Part shown: positions 20,007 through 26,549 of the stretch, piece after piece | How positions within the stretch are numbered: the stretch's first letter is position 1 | Layout of the letters: each line of letters begins with the position of its first letter | Origin: Thiohalomonadaceae bacterium | Lineage (GTDB): Bacteria; Pseudomonadota; Gammaproteobacteria; Thiohalomonadales; Thiohalomonadaceae | Direction: 5' to 3' | NCBI GenBank assembly: GCA_041546305.1 | Contig: JBFEWO010000001.1 | Span: forward strand, 1 to 60,561 | DNA length: 60,561 nt | Notes under the pieces: model-generated | Seen by the model: only the letters and a program-made list of their open reading frames with translations | Database searches by the model: none | What the model was told of the DNA's origin: nothing | Made by a program: the position numbers and the translations under genes

Positions 20007-21023
20007 CTACTGTTTTTCGGCCAGGTATTCCCGCACCGCGACCAAGCTAGTTTTCGTCTGCTCCACAAACATCATGTGGCCACTGTTAGGAATCACACGC
20101 AACTGACTAGCCGGAAAGAACTTGCCCTGGACTCTCTGATGCTCGACTCCGATCAAACTGTTGCATTCACTGGCCAACAGCAACACTGGATTGGTGAATC
20201 GCTCAAGCCCGACTGTAAAATCCAGTTCCAGTTTGCCATCAGCATCCCGGTTCGCTGCAAACATGGCGCGCATCGCAACAGCGCCGGCTCGCCAATGCTC
20301 GATAGCCAATGCAGGAATGTTTCCATCGCAGTAGTACCCAGGGTTGGCACGGGCTGCAACCTCACCAATGAAATAGTCCTGCGCAGCATGCACATCCGGT
20401 CCATCGATGTGAAGCGACTGGAACCAGCGCCTGGCGGCGAAAAATAGGTAACCAGCCTCCCATCGAGGACCCATACGTATACCGGAACGCTCAAGCAACT
20501 CCGTATTGAGAAATCCTGGCTCCGCCAGCACGGCATGCGATACCTTCTGCGGCGCCCTTCCCAGATAGGCCGTCACCAGCATCGCTCCCCAGGAGTGGCC
20601 CACCAGCGCTACGGTACGATCTCCGCGAAAACGATCCACGATCGCGTCCAGGTCTGCCAGGGCCGAATCCAATGAAATTGCCGCTGCACCCACCCGAGGT
20701 GAGAGGCCGCTGCCCCTTTGATCATAAAACACGACAAAATATTCATCGGCCAGGGCTTTGAGTGGAAGCAATGTCCGGTAGTCCCAACCGGGTCCGCCGT
20801 GGACGACAATCACCACTGGCGCCAATGGATTCCCGAACGCCTGGCCATGGAAGCGGTAACCATTGATCTTGATATAGGGCAGGGTCGGATCGTCTGTCAC
20901 CGTATTTGCGACCTTGTAGTCGCCAAGGGTTACCAGATAGCCACTGACAAAGAGCAACACTCCCAAAATCACTATCGCACCGAGCAAAGCAGCTAGCCTG
21001 CCGATTCCGCTTCTGCTAGCCAT
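20007..21023 (-). CDS. Alpha/beta hydrolase (proline-iminopeptidase-like)
   Basis: It has an N-terminal transmembrane anchor. The oxyanion region is VHGGPGWDY...YDQRGSGLS, the nucleophile elbow is GHSWGA, and a distal His lies in NSGHMMF. Confidence 0.85.
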   Translation of the reverse strand: MASRSGIGRLAALLGAIVILGVLLFVSGYLVTLGDYKVANTVTDDPTLPYIKINGYRFHGQAFGNPLAPVVIVVHGGPGWDYRTLLPLKALADEYFVVFYDQRGSGLSPRVGAAAISLDSALADLDAIVDRFRGDRTVALVGHSWGAMLVTAYLGRAPQKVSHAVLAEPGFLNTELLERSGIRMGPRWEAGYLFFAARRWFQSLHIDGPDVHAAQDYFIGEVAARANPGYYCDGNIPALAIEHWRAGAVAMRAMFAANRDADGKLELDFTVGLERFTNPVLLLASECNSLIGVEHQRVQGKFFPASQLRVIPNSGHMMFVEQTKTSLVAVREYLAEKQ

Positions 21024-21342
21024 GTTTCACCTCCTGGGCGAGGTGACGAGCATAGAGGAACAGGGGTAGCGCAAAAGAGAGCCCAATCCCAATAGCTGCA
21101 ACAGGGTAGACCCACAGCCACTGCATTCCAATGCATCTTCCCTCGTGAGAGACAAACAGCCAAAACACCAGTGCAGAGAGCAACAGATCGGCACTTACCG
21201 CGCTTGAGACGGCATTGGCAAACAGCAAACTAAAGAACAGGGAAGGTGCCGTATTGCCGCTAAGGATAAAGTTGAATAAAAAAAGCCAGGGTATAACAAA
21301 ACCGGCTATGGTCATTCCCAGGTAAAGACCTCCACGTGTCAT
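21016..21342 (-). CDS. Small integral membrane protein (DUF2834-like)
   Basis: It is 108 aa with three or four transmembrane helices. Its 3' end overlaps the hydrolase start by 8 nt, which suggests an operon. Confidence 0.55.
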   Translation of the reverse strand: MTRGGLYLGMTIAGFVIPWLFLFNFILSGNTAPSLFFSLLFANAVSSAVSADLLLSALVFWLFVSHEGRCIGMQWLWVYPVAAIGIGLSFALPLFLYARHLAQEVKHG

Positions 21343-21413
21343 CTCGATGCACTCCTTTTGGTTTCCATTAAGGTAGTTGTTCTAGCGGCAGGTATACGGT
21401 CCACTCGCCACAA

Positions 21414-21428
21414 GTTAACACCGTTAAC
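21414..21428. promoter_or_regulatory. Candidate TetR operator GTTAACACCGTTAAC, upstream of the DUF2834-hydrolase operon
   Basis: Two GTTAAC hexamers are spaced by 3 nt. A copy matching at 14 of 15 positions occurs at 22017-22031 (read on the opposite strand), next to the tetR start. Confidence 0.4.
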
Positions 21429-21443
21429 TGATATGAAAAAAAA

Positions 21444-22016
21444 TTACCCTTTTACATAAGCTGCAAATAATTCCTGGTAGGTCTTAATAAACTGCGCTCG
21501 TTCCATCTCCGATTGACCGCCAAGGTAGAGCGAGATCTGCCCATGAGCATATGCCCACATGCCAAAGGCAACGGTAAGGCTGTCCGTGCCCTTGAGCACT
21601 CCTTCAGTAATCGCCCGTTCCACCCGTTGCCGCAAGATTTCGAATGTGTCTCTCATCTCGGCAAGCCCATCCTGATTTAACTTCTTGAGGCCGGTGATCT
21701 GTTCGCTGGACATGAACATCATCTCGTAATAGGCGCGTTCATTGAGAGCGAAATCCAGGTACGCCTTTGCGGTAACCTCAAGCAGCGCCAGTGGTGGCAG
21801 ATCTTCATCCACCCGCTTCAGGTAGCCGGCGAAGAGCCGGAAGCCTCGCAAAAGCACTTGGAACAACAACTCCTCCTTGTTGGCATAGTGGCGGTAAATA
21901 GCCGTGGCAGAGACTCCGACACAGGCTGCCACCTTGCGCATGGAAAAACGGGACAAACCTTCTTCCAGGTAGCTATCCCTCGCGCAAATCAGAATCTGCT
22001 CTTTGATGTCACTCAT
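21444..22016 (-). CDS. TetR/AcrR-family transcriptional regulator
   Basis: The N-terminal HTH reads ILICARDSYLEEGLSRFSMRKVAACVGVSATAIYRHYANKEEL. The start is taken at MSDIKEQ (ATG at 22016). Confidence 0.85.
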   Translation of the reverse strand: MSDIKEQILICARDSYLEEGLSRFSMRKVAACVGVSATAIYRHYANKEELLFQVLLRGFRLFAGYLKRVDEDLPPLALLEVTAKAYLDFALNERAYYEMMFMSSEQITGLKKLNQDGLAEMRDTFEILRQRVERAITEGVLKGTDSLTVAFGMWAYAHGQISLYLGGQSEMERAQFIKTYQELFAAYVKG

Positions 22017-22031
22017 GTTAACAGTGTTAAC
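22017..22031. promoter_or_regulatory. Candidate TetR operator GTTAACAGTGTTAAC, abutting the tetR start codon
   Basis: It has the same GTTAAC-N3-GTTAAC architecture as the site at 21414-21428. Confidence 0.4.
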
Positions 22032-22203
22032 TTGTTGCACTCTCTTGTCAAGCAAACACCGATTGGTGTTCATGATGGAAATTCGTGGTTTGCTAATTTT
22101 GGTTTATCTCTGTAAAAAGCCAGATATGTGTGGAAAGGACGCGCACGCCATCATCTATCCGAGCATCGCCCCTTCCCACAAAAGCGAATTGCACAGGAGA
22201 ACA

Positions 22204-22689
22204 ATGGCGTTGATAGCTGAGACAATAGGGATCGCACTAACACTCATTCTGGTTTTCCTGGGCGGCACGATGGTCTCCTGGATTTTTTCCGCCAGTCGAC
22301 TCAAGCTGCAGGCCCCCCCCGAAGGGGTACCTCGAGAACTGTGGGATGCCCTCCTCCATTCAGGTGCCGAGACCCAGGGCACTTGGCTTGGGGTACTCGA
22401 ACGGCTTATCAGCGCCGTGGCAGGATGGACGCACTCCTATGAACTGATCGCGGGATGGCTGGCGTTTAAGGTGGCATCGAAATGGGAGGTATGGAGCAAT
22501 GTGCTGCGCCTGCCAGAGACGTTCCCGGGGGTGGAGCCAATCTCCTATCTCAGGGCACGTCGGCTGTGGAGTTCCAACCTGCTCATGCGCTTCCTGATCG
22601 GTAGCCTATCCAATGTGCTACTGGGACTGGCTGCAGCCTATCTCGGGAAAGAATTGGGTATTCTCACTGCGAAACTGCTCGCAGGCTAA
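22204..22689 (+). CDS. Hypothetical membrane protein
   Basis: ATG at 22204 follows AGGAGAA. There are N-terminal and C-terminal transmembrane helices. The ORF-track extension back to 22003 overlaps tetR and is unlikely to be real. Confidence 0.5.
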   Translation: MALIAETIGIALTLILVFLGGTMVSWIFSASRLKLQAPPEGVPRELWDALLHSGAETQGTWLGVLERLISAVAGWTHSYELIAGWLAFKVASKWEVWSNVLRLPETFPGVEPISYLRARRLWSSNLLMRFLIGSLSNVLLGLAAAYLGKELGILTAKLLAG

Positions 22690-22711
22690 ACCACTCGAAG
22701 GGAATTTCTGT

Positions 22712-23167
22712 TCACACCCTGACCTCGAGCTTGTCATACAGTTTTTCCAACAGCTGACGCAGCCTGATCATTTCCTTCTCCCCAATCAGACGGGCCCACT
22801 GTTTCTCCACCTCACGGCTGAGTCGCAAGGCCTCACGCTGTACCAGCTCCCCCTGCTTGGTGAGCACCACGCGTTTGGCCCGGCCGTCAATGGGATCGGC
22901 TTCGACCCTGACATACCCGTGTATTTCAAGATGTGCCACCAGGGCAGCCATGCTTTGCTTGGTGATACCTGCCCGTTCAGCCAGTTCGGTGATCCGCGAT
23001 CCCTCAGGCAGGATATAGCGAAACACCACTGAGTGAGAGGCACGCACTTCACCGTGGCCGCTTCGGGCCAGCTGGCCGTAAACCTCCTGTGCCAGATACT
23101 GAAAAGGGATGCGTAGTAGCGCCCCTATGGAGCGGTGCTGTTCGGGATAACTTTTCTCTTTACTCAT
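22712..23167 (-). CDS. MarR-family transcriptional regulator
   Basis: The winged-helix core reads RITELAERAGITKQSMAALVAHLEIHGYV.R..DP.DGRAKRVVLT.QG. Confidence 0.85.
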   Translation of the reverse strand: MSKEKSYPEQHRSIGALLRIPFQYLAQEVYGQLARSGHGEVRASHSVVFRYILPEGSRITELAERAGITKQSMAALVAHLEIHGYVRVEADPIDGRAKRVVLTKQGELVQREALRLSREVEKQWARLIGEKEMIRLRQLLEKLYDKLEVRV

Positions 23168-23205
23168 ACCGCCATATTGCAACTAGTCAGATCGCCTGTC
23201 TATAC

Positions 23206-23224
23206 TAGTCAGTATAACTGACTA
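23206..23224. promoter_or_regulatory. Candidate MarR operator: the palindrome TAGTCAGT-ATA-ACTGACTA, plus an extra half-site ACTAGTCAG at 23182-23190
   Basis: It is a perfect 8 bp inverted repeat in the 77 bp divergent intergenic region between marR and the gene at 23245. Confidence 0.4.
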
Positions 23225-23244
23225 TTAGCAGGAGGTAACCAGCC

Positions 23245-23700
23245 ATGCAACCACTCTATCAACAACGTGAGGTTTCCCGTAATGGCCTGCGCCTGCTCAA
23301 GCTGGCTGTCCTATACCTGCTGATCGGTCTGATACTCGGCTTGGCAATGGCGATCAGCGGTCAGTTCCAGCTGAGGCCGGTGCATACTCATATCAATTTG
23401 CTGGGCTGGTCGACCCTCGGCCTATGCGGTGCAATTTATTGCCTGTTTCCGGCAATCGGCCAGACGAGGCTGGCCCACTGGCACCTGTGGTTTCACAATC
23501 TGGGGCTGCCGATCATGATGGGAGCCCTGGCGCTGTATCATCTCGGCCATCCGCAGTTCGAGCCGCTAATCGGTATTGGTGCGGTAGTGACGGTAACGGG
23601 ATTGGTGCTGTTTGCCATCAATCTGTTCAGAAATATCGAAGGGCAGGCGTCCCACAAAACGCTCGCCGGTGAGGTCATCGGTGGGGCAGAAATGAGTTAA
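23245..23700 (+). CDS. Small membrane protein with four transmembrane helices and conserved histidines (HTHINLLGW, HWHLWFHNLG)
   Basis: GGAGG lies 8 nt upstream of the ATG. There are four hydrophobic helices. The histidine pattern is reminiscent of heme-copper-oxidase-type helices, but the family was not identified. Confidence 0.5.
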   Translation: MQPLYQQREVSRNGLRLLKLAVLYLLIGLILGLAMAISGQFQLRPVHTHINLLGWSTLGLCGAIYCLFPAIGQTRLAHWHLWFHNLGLPIMMGALALYHLGHPQFEPLIGIGAVVTVTGLVLFAINLFRNIEGQASHKTLAGEVIGGAEMS

Positions 23701-23746
23701 CCTGCAGCAGAGCCGCCCCTTTCCGGGGCGGCACTGGGACTGGGAC

Positions 23747-24178
23747 TTACCAGAACTTTTTCAACCAGGTTTTTTTCACCCCGGCCTTGTGGAAGGTCTT
23801 GACGTACTGCTTGTCGATCTTGTTGATGTGATCGAACAGCCAGTCCTTGAGGAACATCAGCAGATCCATGCCCACCTTATCGTTACCGGCGCGGAACTGA
23901 CTCTGGAACTCGAGCACGCGGGTAACGATTTTGTCATGGATCGCCTTGTGCTCTTCGTATCCCTCATAGTGGAAAACACGCATCAGAGTCTCCTCCACCG
24001 CAAAGTGGATCTTGGTGTAGTCGACCAGTTTATCCAACACATCACCAATCAGGTCACGATTGGATTTGCTGGCCATCGCCACATACAGCTCATTCATGAT
24101 CTGGATAAGGCATTTGTGCTGCTCATCGATCTCTTGAATATCAACGCTATACGCGTCATCCCAGGTGATCATAGACAT
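23747..24178 (-). CDS. Bacteriohemerythrin
   Basis: W.D.YSV....ID.QHK.L......L, then HF..EE.LM....Y....H...H, then WL..HI...D. These are the diiron ligand motifs of hemerythrin. Confidence 0.9.
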   Translation of the reverse strand: MSMITWDDAYSVDIQEIDEQHKCLIQIMNELYVAMASKSNRDLIGDVLDKLVDYTKIHFAVEETLMRVFHYEGYEEHKAIHDKIVTRVLEFQSQFRAGNDKVGMDLLMFLKDWLFDHINKIDKQYVKTFHKAGVKKTWLKKFW

Positions 24179-24322
24179 GGTTTATCCCTCCCTTTTAATT
24201 GGATTTATACGTCACTGTGGTTTACCCATATCAATTATAGTGTTTATTTCCCATTTTTCACGATCAATACAGTTCGTCACGCGTTGGCCGCCTGATCATG
24301 AAATTTTACCCCATGGTTCCGG

Positions 24323-24664
24323 CTAACCAGTACTCCAGCTACGGGGGCGTTTCATCCCGGCAATCTTGCAGGCCTGCTGCACATAGCCATAGGGGAAGAG
24401 CTGGAACAGGTAATTGCGGGCCTTTCTGCCATACCCGAGCTGCTCGGCCAAAAACTTGATGGTGAATCGGGCATCGGCAGCAATCTGATGAACATCGTAA
24501 TAATCACGCATAAACCTCAGCACCTGCCAGTGTTCCTCACTCAGCTTTATCCCTTCGCTGGCGGCTAGCTGCTCGGCAACGCCCTCATTCCAGTCATCGG
24601 GCTCGATGAGATAACCTTCGGCATCGATTTCAACCAGTCGCTCGGTGATGGTGGTATGCATCAT
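24323..24664 (-). CDS. TusE/DsrC-family protein that lacks the penultimate (CysA) cysteine
   Basis: DsrC-like core: DAEGYL..PDDW.E.VAE.LA..EGI.LSEEHW.VL.F.R.YY; C-terminus ...LFPYGYVQQACKIAGMKRPRSWSTG. The cysteine of the ACKIAG motif is present. The C-terminal PKPTGC-type cysteine is absent. Confidence 0.8.
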   Translation of the reverse strand: MMHTTITERLVEIDAEGYLIEPDDWNEGVAEQLAASEGIKLSEEHWQVLRFMRDYYDVHQIAADARFTIKFLAEQLGYGRKARNYLFQLFPYGYVQQACKIAGMKRPRSWSTG

Positions 24665-24693
24665 TTATCTCCATTTGTCCCAACATGAATTCG

Positions 24694-25494
24694 TCAGGCT
24701 TTTGCACCCGACAGTTGACGGCAGAGACAGTTTTCAGATCCCAGTGCGCATGCTTCGCCCTTCTGGTGGCAGGGCACTGGGCTGTGACTGTGATGAACCG
24801 CCAGGGTGTAGATACGGAGCAGGTCCTGCTCACTGACATCAATGTAAGAGTCCAGCTGTGACAGCGCATAGACGAGATCGCTGTGAGCGATCAGCACCTT
24901 CTCACGCCCCGCTGGCTCGACCTCGTCAGGACCAGGCTGAGCAAGTACAGCCGGATAGCGTCGCCAGCGAAACGGCAGGTTTATCAACACGGCAATCGCC
25001 AATAGCACCAGCACATTTGCCAGCACCGGTGTAACAAGAAATCCATAGCCCAGTTGCTGAACAGATTCCCCCCCGACCACGGCCACCAGAGCAGTAGCCC
25101 CCCCAGGCGGGTGCAGACAGCGCAGGTAGTACATGGCGAGAATGGCCAATCCCACTGACAGCGGGGCGGCGACGAAAGGATCGGCAATCTGCTGGGCACA
25201 GGTTACGCCGATAAACGCGGCGATCAGATTTCCCCCCAGCACCGGCCATGGTTGGGAAAGCGCGCCATGGGGCACAGCAAACACCAGTACCGTCGAGGCT
25301 CCCATCGAGGCAATCAGCATGGCCGCGCCGTGGAGATCCAGCACGGTGCCGTTGATCCAAAGCACCGCCAGGATGCCAATAAAGCCACCCATGGCCGAGA
25401 TTCCCTTTTCACTATGGCTGGACTGGTTCCATCCGCTTTGCCCCAATGCACCAAGAATAGAAGGCACCCTTATTACCTCACCAACTCCCGGCAA
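24694..25494 (-). CDS. HPP-family integral membrane protein with an about 90 aa cytoplasmic C-terminal extension
   Basis: Motifs: GASTVLVFAVPHGALSQPWPVLGGNLIAAFIGV and CLHPPGGATALVAV. The start is uncertain: the ORF opens at a TTG at 25494 and an internal ATG lies at 25392. Confidence 0.75.
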   Translation of the reverse strand: MPGVGEVIRVPSILGALGQSGWNQSSHSEKGISAMGGFIGILAVLWINGTVLDLHGAAMLIASMGASTVLVFAVPHGALSQPWPVLGGNLIAAFIGVTCAQQIADPFVAAPLSVGLAILAMYYLRCLHPPGGATALVAVVGGESVQQLGYGFLVTPVLANVLVLLAIAVLINLPFRWRRYPAVLAQPGPDEVEPAGREKVLIAHSDLVYALSQLDSYIDVSEQDLLRIYTLAVHHSHSPVPCHQKGEACALGSENCLCRQLSGAKA

Positions 25495-25590
25495 CAGATC
25501 GGTTATCCAGACTGTTACCTATATTCAAATTTCGGTTCTCTAAACTAGGGGCTTGTTATCTATTTGACAAACGATATTATTTTATTGTTT

Positions 25591-25609
25591 ATATCGGATT
25601 AATCGATAT
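25591..25609. promoter_or_regulatory. Candidate LysR box (ATC-N9-GAT within ATATCG-gattaat-CGATAT)
   Basis: An inverted repeat lies 15 nt upstream of the lysR start, in the AT-rich intergenic region between the divergent HPP and lysR genes. Confidence 0.35.
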
Positions 25610-25623
25610 ATAAATCTCTATTC

Positions 25624-26478
25624 ATGGATACCGAATTTGCCCGTACCTTTCTCGCCGTGGTGGCTGCCGGTAATTTTGTCGGGGCTGCCGAACGGCTGCA
25701 CATAACCCAATCAACCGTCAGCGCCCGCATCCAGGCACTCGAGCGTCAACTTGGTGTGGTGCTGCTGCGACGGGGCCGCGGGGGTACCATGCTGACACCG
25801 GCGGGACAGCGCTTCCTGCGCCACGCCAAGAGTCTGGTACGGACCATTGAACAAGCACGCCACGATGTTGGCCTGCCCGCAGGATACAGCGGCAGCCTGA
25901 CCTTGCGCGGACGTATTGCCCTGTGGGAAGGCTTTCTTCCCCAGTGGACAGACAGGATGCGCTCACAGATGCCGGATGTCTCGTTGCGGCTCGAGATCGG
26001 CTTCGAGGAGGACATTATGCAGGGACTGGTTCAGGGCACCATCGACATCGGCCTGATGTACACTCCTGAGAACCGGCCGGGGCTGGGTATCGAATATCTA
26101 TTCGACGAATCCCTACTGTTGGTAACCACCGAACCGGACATGGACTGGCAGAATGAGCATTACGTGCACATCGGCTGGGGACCGGAATTTGAAGCCCAGT
26201 TCACGACCCATTACCCTGAAGTGCCACCACCGGCACTGGTGGCCAATATCGGCTGGCTCGGGATACAACAGATCCTTTTCTCGGGCGGGGCAGGCTTTTT
26301 TCCCCGTCGAATTACCCGGGATCACATTGAAGCCGGCAGGTTATGGCGGGTACCTGACAGCCCGGTCTTCTCACTGCCCACCTATCTGGTCTACCCCCAG
26401 GATAGAACTGACGAAACCATGCTAAAGGCGCTGGAGGGTTTGCGCGCACTGGGTGCACAGGAACGAGAGCTGTCATAA
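25624..26478 (+). CDS. LysR-family transcriptional regulator
   Basis: The N-terminal HTH reads FLAVVAAGNFVGAAERLHITQSTVSARIQALERQLG..L, followed by a LysR substrate-binding domain. Confidence 0.9.
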   Translation: MDTEFARTFLAVVAAGNFVGAAERLHITQSTVSARIQALERQLGVVLLRRGRGGTMLTPAGQRFLRHAKSLVRTIEQARHDVGLPAGYSGSLTLRGRIALWEGFLPQWTDRMRSQMPDVSLRLEIGFEEDIMQGLVQGTIDIGLMYTPENRPGLGIEYLFDESLLLVTTEPDMDWQNEHYVHIGWGPEFEAQFTTHYPEVPPPALVANIGWLGIQQILFSGGAGFFPRRITRDHIEAGRLWRVPDSPVFSLPTYLVYPQDRTDETMLKALEGLRALGAQERELS

Positions 26479-26549
26479 AGAGTAAATTTCATCGTTATAC
26501 GTTCAGGGTTTGTAAGGTTGAGTCACCTTGAGCTTCCATCTTTGAACTT

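Noticed and set aside
22003-22203. The N-terminal extension of the 228 aa ORF at 22003-22689, which overlaps the tetR start region.
   Set aside because: The extension overlaps tetR and the operator-like palindrome, and it has no RBS. The internal ATG at 22204 has AGGAGAA upstream and begins directly with a transmembrane helix.
23712-23732. The GC hairpin GCCGCCCC-tttcc-GGGGCGGC between convergent genes, considered as an intrinsic terminator. A similar hairpin lies at 38868-38889.
   Set aside because: The stems are perfect, but neither is followed by a U-run on either strand. They may still act as terminators or mRNA stabilisers, but I did not list them as confident terminators.
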